Shown here: positions 43,347 through 54,635 of the stretch, in pieces | How positions within the stretch are numbered: position 1 is the stretch's first letter | Layout of the letters: each line of letters starts with the position of its first letter | Notes under the pieces: generated by a model | Databases searched by the model: none | What the model was told of the DNA's origin: nothing | What the model saw: the letters and a program-made list of their open reading frames with translations, nothing else | From: Mytilus californianus | Lineage: Eukaryota | DNA: 64,000 nucleotides | NCBI RefSeq assembly: GCF_021869535.1 | Contig: NW_026262734.1 | Coordinates: 92,194,001 to 92,258,000, forward strand | Direction: 5' to 3' | Program-made: the position numbers and the translations under genes

Positions 43347-45914
43347 ATGGCAAACCAAATTATATTTCATTGTATCACTCTTGTGTTTATTGCAAATGAA
43401 AATGTTATGACTTCGAACCTGACAGTTCCTTGTAAGTTTGAGAAACTTTGTTCATGTTCATTTACAACGCAAAAAATGTTAAAAGCCGACTGTAGTGGAG
43501 AAAGTCTGGATAATATTCCAACAAACCTTCCTTCCGATTTGACAAACATATCATTAGCACGAAACTTAATTTCTAAGATTAAAAATGGGACATTTGAAGC
43601 GAACATACATCTTCTCTACTTGGATTTGTCATCTAATTACATTAATGAGCTGCATTCAAGATCATTTCAAGGTCTTTCGAAACTGGAGACTTTAATTATC
43701 AGTAGTAACCGCATAGACCCTTCCGCTATTTCTATGGCCGTCTTCAAGCCATTAAAAGCCTTGCTGCACCTTGCGATAAAACAAAAGTTCATAGACCCGT
43801 TTTCGCTCAATGTTTCTTCGTTGGTACAGCTCAACACTCTAAAGATCGATGCTGTATCTCATGGCAAGGATCCATTTGATGTTAAATATGCACATCTTCG
43901 TTTCCTACAAGAAGTGGACGTGTCTGGATTCTCGGGATACTGTAAGATGACAGTTCTTATGCCAAATACGTTTAAATATATTCCTTATGTTAAACGGCTA
44001 GATTTGAGCAAGTGTGGTATCAATGCGATTTTGAGCGGAACATTTAGAGGTCTGGTTTATTTGAAGTATCTTGATTTGTCTGACAATAGATGTCTTAAAT
44101 TCAAAGGACTTGCAAACGTCACATATGATCTGCCGTCAACTTCATTAGAAATTTTACGAATCAACAAAATCCATCAAACTTTTGATCTGAATACAATAAT
44201 GACTACGTGTGAGATAAAGCCTCTTAGACGTACCAATATAACACAGATATACCTTAACAGCAATCGGATGCAGTTACTCGAAGAGGGTGCAATGGAATTT
44301 TTTCCTAAAACTCTAAAAATATTGTCAATTGCTGACAATGAATTTAGTTTTGCTGGACGATACATTGGTGATTTGTTTGAATTGACAGTACATGAAGTAA
44401 ATATGTCTTATTTGGGAATGTCACATTTCTTGAAGAACTTTGAAGAATCCTGTGATCATACACTCGTAACTCCTTCACGTTGCAATAACAACCCTGATGT
44501 GTACAAGAAAGTTGCATTCAAAGGACCCAATTTGAACAATGATACAAGCTACACCTTTTTCGGTTCGTTTGGTGATGAAATAGTTTGGATTCCCAGTCAA
44601 TTAAGGAAATTGCACTTGAGAGAATGCAAGTTACGGTACTATCTTCCTGATATTACGTTTTCAGATAATTTGTTGGAGTACGCCGACTTTTCTTCCAACA
44701 CCTTTTATGACTGGCAGGGTCCACTCGGAAATCTTAATCAGTTGAAATTCTTTAACTTATCAAATAACTATTGTTCCAAAGTATCTGCCAGATTCTTTAC
44801 AGGCATGCCAAACCTTACAACCCTTTTAGTGCAAAACAATCTATTAGGATTTGTTTTACCGGGCGATATTAGCGGAGAGATACTAGCACCACTTACTAAA
44901 CTTGAGGTTCTAGATTTGTCTGACAATAGAATTACAAGCTTGCCATCAGTGTTCTTTAATGCCCAAATACAACTACGAACACTAAACTTGAGCGGGAATT
45001 TACTTGAAACTGCTACTTTTGAAATAATACAAATGACCAAACTTTCACATTTAGACATATCAAATAATAGATTGTCCGTTCTGGGCACATTTTTCACAAA
45101 ACAGTTAGATCAACTCTCAGAAATTGTTCCTGACTTGACTGTTAAATTATCGGGTAATCCCATTAAATGCATATGCGAAACAATTGAGTTTATTCAGTGG
45201 TTGTCAATTACAAAGATTCATGTTCAAAACTTGTTGCACCAAGATTGCCGATCTCTTCAAATGCATCTGAATAGTTCAAAAGTCATTTACGAATATTTAA
45301 AGAAGAAATGCTCCTCATATACGACAACAATTGTCGCTGTTGGATCATGGGTAGCCATTTTTGCATTTGTCATAATTGCTGGAATTATTTATCGCTACAG
45401 ATGGAAGCTTCGTTATGCATATTATATAGTGAAAGGCAAACATCATGGTCAAATCAAACCTCTTAGAACATATGATGATTTCCAGTATGATGCATTCGTT
45501 TCTTACGCCGACGAAGATGAGACGTTTGTTCATAGGAAGTTCCTAAAAAAATTAGAAGACGATCGAAATATTAGTTGTTGTGTGCACAAACGAGACTTTT
45601 TGGCCGGAAATGATATCGCAACAAATATAACATCCGCCATTCATAACAGCCGTAAAACAGTCGTAATATTGTCGCATCATTTCTTACAATCTGATTGGTG
45701 TCTATTTGAATTTAATATGGCAAAAATGGAGAGTATCTACTCAAGAAGTAAAGAAAACATTATATTACTTGTGTTCCTTGAACAAATATCATCTAAAGAT
45801 CTACCATTGAATATTTTGGAACTTATCCAATCAAAATCGTACATTGAGTATCCGAACGACGAATACGGGGATGTCGTGTTTTGGGATAAACTCAAGGAGA
45901 CATTGTCAGTCTAA
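43347..45914 (+). CDS. Toll-like receptor B, intact single-cysteine-cluster type (855 aa from MANQ; ORF opens at 43311)
   Basis: Signal-like MANQIIFHCITLVFIA, LRRNT CKFEKLCSC...DC, many LxxLxLxxN repeats, LRRCT NPIKCIC, TM VGSWVAIFAFVIIAGIIY, complete TIR; an acceptor ttattttcag precedes 43311. Confidence 0.95.
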   Translation: MANQIIFHCITLVFIANENVMTSNLTVPCKFEKLCSCSFTTQKMLKADCSGESLDNIPTNLPSDLTNISLARNLISKIKNGTFEANIHLLYLDLSSNYINELHSRSFQGLSKLETLIISSNRIDPSAISMAVFKPLKALLHLAIKQKFIDPFSLNVSSLVQLNTLKIDAVSHGKDPFDVKYAHLRFLQEVDVSGFSGYCKMTVLMPNTFKYIPYVKRLDLSKCGINAILSGTFRGLVYLKYLDLSDNRCLKFKGLANVTYDLPSTSLEILRINKIHQTFDLNTIMTTCEIKPLRRTNITQIYLNSNRMQLLEEGAMEFFPKTLKILSIADNEFSFAGRYIGDLFELTVHEVNMSYLGMSHFLKNFEESCDHTLVTPSRCNNNPDVYKKVAFKGPNLNNDTSYTFFGSFGDEIVWIPSQLRKLHLRECKLRYYLPDITFSDNLLEYADFSSNTFYDWQGPLGNLNQLKFFNLSNNYCSKVSARFFTGMPNLTTLLVQNNLLGFVLPGDISGEILAPLTKLEVLDLSDNRITSLPSVFFNAQIQLRTLNLSGNLLETATFEIIQMTKLSHLDISNNRLSVLGTFFTKQLDQLSEIVPDLTVKLSGNPIKCICETIEFIQWLSITKIHVQNLLHQDCRSLQMHLNSSKVIYEYLKKKCSSYTTTIVAVGSWVAIFAFVIIAGIIYRYRWKLRYAYYIVKGKHHGQIKPLRTYDDFQYDAFVSYADEDETFVHRKFLKKLEDDRNISCCVHKRDFLAGNDIATNITSAIHNSRKTVVILSHHFLQSDWCLFEFNMAKMESIYSRSKENIILLVFLEQISSKDLPLNILELIQSKSYIEYPNDEYGDVVFWDKLKETLSV

Positions 45915-46619
45915 TGACTCGTGAGCATATGGCATTTACCGAATACACTTGTTGACTGTAATTGTGTTATTGGGACTTTGTATTTAAAACAAAAATGGGC
46001 GTCTGGAAACTACTTTGCCTGGTGAAGTTGTAAATCTGGTAGGCTGGTTCTCTCCCTTGCAACATCTGAGACACCCTTGTAAAAGGACAGGGAACCAGTC
46101 TATAAATCTTGTATTTGAACAAAAAAAAATGAAAATTGATATGCTTAGAATATCTTAAATGTTATAAATGTCGATATATTGAGTACTTGTAAGATGGAGC
46201 TGAGAATGTAATGATAAATATGTTGTCAAAATGTAGGAACTAGACTATATATATGTACAAATATGTTTTTTTAATTCTTAAATTGTTAACTCTAAAGCAA
46301 ATTATATAATGATATTAAATATTACTTGTATAGTAAGGCTACTGTGTAAACTGATCGATGAGCTTTTGTTCAGTTTTCAAATCATTTCTTGCTTATTCAG
46401 ATGTTAATACTTCCTTCTGTCAAGTTTCCTTGTAGCGATTTCGTCCTCTGTATAAGCAACTCTGGATGTGATATTTTTGGGGGTTGAAAATAAAATAAAA
46501 CGAGAGTAAAAACGAACATACTTTACAGGAAAGGCAATACGTAACCGGAAATAATGGGGAGACTGACAAAACGAGGCAAACCGAAATTACAATTGACAAA
46601 GACCAGTAAATAGACTCCA

Positions 46620-47270
46620 TCATCTCTAGCGCTGGACTTTATTTCTTCAGCACTTGAGATGAAAATCCATTGCTGGACTTTTTATCTCAAGCGCTGAACT
46701 TTCAATCGTCATCGCTGGAATTTGTATCTTCAGTGCTGGGCTTTGCATCTTTAAACTGGAAATAACATCTTCAGCGTTTATGTTTTCAGCGCTTGAGTTT
46801 ACATCTTCAGCTCTTGACTTTACCTCTCCTTTTTTTAATCTTTAGTGCATGAATATATATTTTCAGTGTGGAGTTAAATCTTCAGTACTAGATTTGTAAG
46901 ATGTATCAAGTGGATTTTATCTGACCAACACTTGAATTTATATCTCTAGCACTAGAGCTCACATCTCTTGTGCTGGCCTTTGTATCTTCAGCGCTTGACT
47001 TTAAATCCGCAGCGCTAAAGTTGAAATTCCTAGCGCGAGACTTTAAATATCAGCGCATGGCCTTATATTTTCAGCGCTTGATGATACAGTCAGTGTTAGA
47101 TTTGTAATTTATCTCAAGTGCTGGCTTTCTTATCAGCAGTTTTTAAGTTAACATTCAATACTAGAGTTTGTATCCTCAGCTCGGGAGTTTACATCATCCG
47201 CACTGTAGTTTTCATAACTTGTGCTGTACTTTTATCTTCCGCGTTGGACTTTATATCACCAGCGCTTGAC
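46620..47270. repeat. Degenerate about 21-bp minisatellite (ctTCAGCGCTggactttat)
   Basis: More than 20 cagcgct/cagtgct cores at roughly 20-22-bp spacing. Confidence 0.65.
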
Positions 47271-48084
47271 TTAAAAAAAACATACAAATATCTATTTGTA
47301 TGAGACTAACGTGGTCTCGATCATTTGCCAGCACTGCGATTCGAACACAGTCGGTGAGGAGTGTCATTATTTGTGTGTATGTGCTAGCAAACAAATAGCA
47401 CCAATAGAGAAAAATATATACCTATATATTATACCAAAATATACATCTAAGTTAAAAGTAATGGGGTTATTTTCATATTGTAAGGTTTTTAAGGCGTATT
47501 AAAAAGATATTGTTTGTTTCTTCTTAGAAATGGAAATACCATGTTTTTCACATTGTAAATTTATGTATAGATGAGTATCATTTAATTGTTGTATACCGTT
47601 TTTTTTTTTATAATATACTTTATTGTTGATATATCCATCCATATTTGTAAAGCAAAGTAATACAATGTTTTAATTGATAATATTAAAAAGGTCGCCCAAA
47701 TTTTAGAAAGTTTGTCTCATTCTCAAACTTAAAAGTATTTTGATTCCCGATAAAGATATATTGTCCAGTGTTGTTGACTATAAAAAGCTATCTGCATTAT
47801 TGCTAAAAAGCGGTCCACATTGGTCAATTATATATACTAATGAATTGATAACATATATGTTTTTCTCGTGTTGTATTTAAATATTCTGTTTTTGTATTTC
47901 TTAACCAGTTATGATTTCGTTTATGCAATAAAGTTATTTCTCTTATTCTGCAGCATTTTAACCGGTTCTAACATGTTTGATAAATTTTGATGCACCACAC
48001 GTTGGTTAAATTTGTCGCGTATAATTTCCCGCCATGTCTATACGGAACATTTCACTTGGCATTTTTCTTTAAATCATTAGAGAA

Positions 48085-48250
48085 AAAAGTAAAATAACAA
48101 AAATACCGAACTCCAAGGAAAATTCAAAACGGAAAGTCCTTTATCAAATGGCAAAATCAAAAGCTCAAACACATCAAACGAATGGAAAACAACTGTCATG
48201 TTCCTGACTTGGTACATATACAGCCATTTCCTTATGTAGAAAATGGCAGT
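48085..48250 (+). repeat. Interspersed repeat; inverted copy at about 1585-1705
   Basis: aaagtaaaataacaaaaataccgaactccaaggaaaattcaaaacggaaagtc...aagctcaaacacatcaaacgaa. Confidence 0.6.
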
Positions 48251-50583
48251 TCCTTATGGAGAAACAGATGCTAACACTTTTAATTACTCAATTGATAACA
48301 ATATTTATCCACTATTAATAATTAAATTTTCAAATTCCAACTTCTTGACTGGATAAATATCGTAGTCAACGGGGGGATGGGGAAGAATCTGTATTCATAA
48401 TAAATTCAGTAGAAGTATCAACCTTTAAATTCGAAATTGCACTTAACTAAAACATGATACGAAGTGAGCGATACTAAATACTTGTTGTCAATTTTTAATC
48501 AATTTATCTTTCTAAAATGACTTAACAATTATGGTCATTTGCATCAATATTCAAATTTGATGAAATTTATACATTCAAATTACCCTGTAATAAAAAGACA
48601 GGTTTTCTTCTAACATATGGTTATTTTAAGTACTCAGTATAGGATGTCACGTGCGTCTTTTTTATTTGGCTCTGAAATGTGTTTATCGTCTGCCAGCATG
48701 TTGATCTATGAGGGAGGTGCCGAACAGTTTGTTTGAACAACATTCCAATATCTTAATTTTTCTCGATTTTTATCTGATTCAACAAATTAATTTTCATTTT
48801 TTTTTATAAAGATAAACTAAAGATTCCGCAAAAAAATATTCAGTGATTTTATTCACCCTCTATGGTCCGCAGGGGGTCAGTAGTTAACCGTATAACGAAT
48901 GTATCGCCCGCGAGACTTTTTTTCCACTGTGTTTTGTAGAGAAATAAACAATAAAACACAACAACATTAATAGATGACGTCACTATTAACAGTAGACGTG
49001 ACGTCATGAACCCCCTATGAAATTTACTAACCCCCTACGGATCCATAGGGGGTCACCACGTGACGGCGTTAAACCAATCACAACGTGATAATTTACCGGC
49101 GGTGCGATAAAACACTTTATAAACATGATAAAGTCCGTTCCTCCGAAGCGTTTTTCTTGATTTACCTTCATCAGGAACGCTCAAACCTAAATATTTGAAA
49201 TCCTTGGATGTAAAATCACGTAGCCACGTTAGGAGCTATATGACCACAAAACAACATAAAATGGATAGCCAAATTCATCTAATGTCAAATGTCTTAAGTT
49301 ATATAGGAACTTTTTTCCTATTAAAAAGATGCCATAACATTATGATACGTTTATCAAAGAGCCTGAGTGTAGACACATGCACATTCTACAGACTACACGT
49401 TGAAGTAATGCATCATCTCGCTTAGACATTCGCCGTATCAGAATCCAAAAGGTTTTGAAAATTTCAAATGTTCGCTCATCGAAATTATAATAACGAAGCT
49501 ATCAGTAAACTACAGCTATGTCCGAATTAATTCTGGGTATGTTTGGTTTTTTTTTTTTGGGGGGGGGGGAATAAATTATATTTAATATTTGGGAACATCA
49601 AGGCGATCAGTCAATATATAATAAGGAGATGTGATAGGTATTATTGCCAGTTACGGGTCCAGGACGAGCATATAGAGCTTACGACCAGACCCCCCTTTTT
49701 TGATCGCCTACAAAAAGAGCTCGTGTTTCTCACGATTTACATGTTTTTTTAGCATAAAAGAGAGGCCAAAAAAATAAAGGGATAGTCAAACTCATAATCA
49801 AAAACTGACTGCCATGGCAAAAAACGAAAAAAACGACCAAAAGAAATTACACCACCCTGTTTAAAAAATCCTGGAATCACCCCTAGTTGCCAATAAGACA
49901 GCTATCCAACATAGTGCAAAAAACGTGGATGTAAGCAATTATTTATGGGTCACCGCACGGCCTTTAACAATGAGCAAAACCCATACCAGTCAGCTATAAA
50001 AGGCATGCATCGACATAACAAAATGTGAAACAACACTGACAAACGAAACACCCACAGCCCTGATTTTTGACATAACAATAAAAGGAAAACAAAAGTTTAA
50101 CAGATTGCAACCAACGACAAGCACGAAGTCTTAATTACAGGCTCTTGGCGTGGGACATGTACATAAAGAATGTGGCGGGGTTAAACAAGACTGCTTTCGT
50201 ATTAGTCCAAGAATTTGACTGGAATTCCCACCTTACTATCAAAATCTAGATTGTGTATATGTAGAGATTTTCAAGTAAGTGTAACATCCGTACAACAACA
50301 AGGGAGGCACACAGAAACGCCAATCACTGAAAGCCTGATTCCTGACGTTGGTTGGACACAAATAAATGCGTCTAGATGAACGAGTTAATGAAATCCTCCA
50401 ACTCCTTATTCAAAGTCAATGGCAAAAGCAAGAGGTCAACAACCCCAGATCGAATACGTTCAAAGATTAAGAAAAATCAAGTCATTCATCAGATTTAATA
50501 TTAGTAAATTAGTATAATGCCCAGAGTATTATAGAAGAATTCATAAACGCTTTCTGTAAGTCAACAAATTCATTTTTCCTTTA

Positions 50584-50832
50584 ATTGATTGATTTTTGGT
50601 CTTCTAACGCAACTTTCTGCACGTATTGGCTTTTTCGTGAAGGCAGGTTTTTTTTTAGTGGATGAAGCAGAAGTGGCCGGAGAACCACCGACCATTGGCT
50701 GAAAAATTGGCAATCTTAGTCAATGAAGATTGGACTCGAACGCACCTGTCACGTGCGGGGTTCGAACTCACAACCTCAGAGTTAAAAGGTTAGTGATTGC
50801 TGTAGATGAACTACTAAGAACGCTCGGCTACC
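50584..50832 (-). mobile_element. tRNA-derived SINE (family of 10995-11205)
   Basis: Reverse strand: cctcggtagccgagcg...gtgagttcgaaccccgcacgtgacaggtgc, (CAAT)n tail. Confidence 0.6.
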
Positions 50833-52852
50833 GAGGTTCTCAATTGTCCTTTAAAAATCAAGACGGACATTTATCCGATATGCTATAACATAACATATAA
50901 AAATAATTATTAGGTTTGTGCAAAACAAGAAACCGCCATTGAGTGTTGTTATCTTATTTCTTATATATTCGTTTTAACTTTGAAGTAATTTTGCTTGTTG
51001 TTTATGGGTCTCAAGATGAGGGTTTTTTCCCAAATTTTGCATTTGTAGATCACTGAACATAGAAATGTGATAATTTGAGCGGGACATGGTGGAGAGTTTG
51101 GATTGGAGGGGGGTCCTTCATTTCTCTATTCTTTAATTTTTTTATGCCATTTTTCTGTATTCTTTATACTTTTTGCCCATTATTCTCTATTCTGTAAACC
51201 CCCATCCACACCCTCATGGTGTGTTATAGATACATACTCTTGTTTCAGTATTACATTTGAATTATCAAAAATGACAAAAATATGAAATTATTTATTTTAT
51301 TTGTTATTATTATTATTATTATTATTTGGAAGTTTATAAGAAAAGCTGAATCATTTTTGCAGTATTATTATTTGCGGACTTAAAAAAAACCACCTGTTTA
51401 TCTGTTGCTTTTTATTTCAGCAAAACTAGTTAAGTATCATACCATCTCTTGGTTCCCCACTAAAATGAAACTTTATTAGACCAATAATTGACTTAACAAC
51501 GTTCATCAAAGAAGATTTTGACGTCTCTAGTTTCAGAAACCACCTTAAATGTAGAATTACCTGTGTGGTCTTTAATGTTTAACAAAATACTGATATTTCA
51601 TTGCTATCTGTTTAATTTTAATTTATTACTGTCGGTGACTTTCAAATCTTTTAATTCATCTACAAATTCACAACATAAAAGACACGTGGTTGTATAGTAA
51701 TCTGTCTACAACATCATTAAACATGTATACATACATATGTATTTTAAAAACACATCTAGTATATATTACTTTGAATAAAAGGAGATGTGGGCATACATAC
51801 GTCAAACAGCAACCCATCGACACAAAAACCCAAACATCTAAAGGCCTTGTTTCATTTTTTCAATAATGAATGCGGTAGTACGGAAGTTCATTAGAGCCAT
51901 TCGAAAAAACTTGTTTTTATTCCTTATAACAAACTTGCATATATTATAGTTCTTTGAATAAGTTTTGTTGTTTGAATTGCAATCAACTTTGGTTCTTCAG
52001 GTAAAAGTTAATGTTGGATTGTTTTTACATCTTTTGACCTCCATGTTAATTTGTTAAGCGATCCAAACGGGGGAATTCCGCATATTTGAATTTGGTTAGA
52101 TATTTGGTTAACAAAACATTCCTTTAAAACGTTTGGCAAATGAAAAATTAATACTTCATATATTTCCCTAACCATTTTAAAATTAGGCTATGACAGTTTA
52201 CAAACAAAATTATTTATCGAAATATCTATAGAAACTGACATTTCATCGAAAGAAGGTCCCTCCCTTTTCCATACAGTCATTGACGTTTATTTCCATGTGC
52301 CTTCTTTAGTCTCTTTAGGCAAGACTGTTCAAAATCAAAATGTATTAACAACTGCTATATATCCGTTACCTGCAAACACATTTTGGTCTCAAATGTACAT
52401 CAGAAATTTATTCCAAAAGCACGAACTGTGCTCATGTTATTTTTTTCTTTTCTTTCTTATTCTTTGATCAATACCGCTGCTGGTGTAACAAATCCATAAT
52501 GTCATCACAATTCAAGTTTATCAAATTATATTATTGTACTAAACCCGTTTTTGCAGTCCAGCTTAGATCCTTTGAGTCCTTAGCTTTAAAACTTTTGACA
52601 GATTTGGTACACGTGTTGCGAGCAAAATATATTATACACTTTTTTCGTTCTTACTGAATATATCTGAAGATAGTTAATCTCAGTAATTGATACCATTTTA
52701 CTCATTATATACTATTTTACACTGCGTGTTTTTTTCTTCCTTTACCGATAATGTAGAAATTATATTTCATAAGTTTAGTACTTTTTGTTCAAACTAGAGT
52801 TTATTCACCTCCCTCTGACAATATCAACCTTACTTGTCGGCTTTTTTTTGGA

Positions 52853-52879
52853 GGGGGGGGGGGGGGGGGGGGGGGGGGG
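52853..52879 (+). repeat. Poly-G tract (27 nt)
   Basis: Homopolymer; G-quadruplex-capable. Confidence 0.9.
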
Positions 52880-53979
52880 TGGTTGAGTCGGAATTTAATT
52901 TTTGTTGAAGTTCGTTATATGCTGTGCTGTGCAAGTGCAGTAATTTGGCTTTTATGTATACTAGATGTTTGACTTGTTTTCTTTTGTTTCTTATGTTGTT
53001 GTTGTTTTTGTTCTGTGCAAGTATTCATTGTGTCGACTTTTCAGTGACATGAAATGACATATGGTATGGACACCTATGGTGCCACATGTGGAGCAGAATC
53101 TGCTTATGTTTTACGGAACCCCTGAGATCATCTCCGGTATTTTGTGGGGGTTTTGTTGCTCAGTCTTTAGTTTTCTATGTTGTGACATTTCGTCATTTTC
53201 TTATTTTGCCATGGCGTTGGCTGTTTGTTTTCGTCTTATGAGTTTGAATATCCCTTTGATATATTTCGCCTCTCTGATCGTGTACTTGTAGTCTAAACTA
53301 TATACGTTGATATGGTATAAGTTACTTGTCTTTTTATTGTTTAAGACCCTATGTTGACCTCCAGATGTATTATCTTGTTCTATATATGATACTGTAGTTA
53401 GTATACATATCATTTAATGCATTAAAAAATAAAACAGGATTACTTTTGAATATTTTATTTGGATCTATCAAAGATACCAAAAAAGAAGCATTTATAATAC
53501 AAAACAACATTTTAACAATTAATTGTGAATTATCATTAGCACCGTTCTAATCTTCACTCTATCAAAACACCACATTTTTGCAGTAGTTCATAATAATAAT
53601 AAAATCTGTTTTTTTCTATTTACATATATGAATATTCAACCCCGACTATACAAAGAATGTGTAGGGATAAGTATCCGTCCATTTCCCGGACATATATAAA
53701 TACAATTAGGAATTCAAGATGGCTGACCAAATATGAGGTACAACTAATAACTCAAAACAAAACAAGGTCATATGTTTCATACAACTAACAAAGTTTTAGA
53801 AATATCTCTGTGTATCCGTATATTATTTTGATTGTCACAAACAACAATAACCTGACCTTCATGGTCAGCACAATCTTGATACGGGTCAATAACCTGACCT
53901 TCATGGTCAGCACAATCTTGATTTGGGTCGAGGCCCTAACTGTTCATGCAGAATTATCGTATTGTTTTTTCACACTAGT

Positions 53980-54635
53980 TCATGACATTGACCCTGGAAA
54001 GTTCATGTTCATCATGTGTACATTTGGTGCAAGGTGTGTTGGATACGGCTGAGACGGCTGCATGTAAGTACATGACGGTAGAGATGGATGCTGAGGCGGT
54101 GATGTCCTGATACCATAACTATGGTTAACCGATGACAAGTGCCCGGATGGTTGGCGTAATGCGCAATCGCTGGTTTGACCAGAAAGACGGCATGCTTGCA
54201 TCTGTTGATGGCTGATATTGTGCAGACCTAAACCTGACGATGATGGTTGTAATAAACTTGATGAAGATGATGAGACTGGCATGAACGATGTCGGAGATCT
54301 GTTGATTGATGAATGATGAGGATAGTATGCTTGGTCGCCGACACTGGAAAATGTATGACTAGAATAAGGTTTTAATGCAGAACTCATGAAGTCACAGGAA
54401 TTTGGGCTGATAGCACTTTGTTGTTGTGGGCTGGTTGTCTTGTTGAGTGGAATACTTGTGTCTCCTTTGATGCGGCATGCTGTAAGATCGTTGTCATGGT
54501 TACCCTCGTGACTAGTTTCAGAAACAGAGTCATTTTCGTCGTCTGATTTGGCACGTGAGACATTAGCAGCTGGCATGGTTACCCTTTCAGGTGTTGTTTC
54601 ATCTTCAGATTTTACTTTCTTTGAAGTTGGAGAAT
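53980..54635 (-). CDS. T-box gene terminal exon (Ser/Pro/His-rich C-terminus)
   Basis: ttttacag|(D)[25 protein letters not shown]...NFPGSMS*. Confidence 0.88.
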
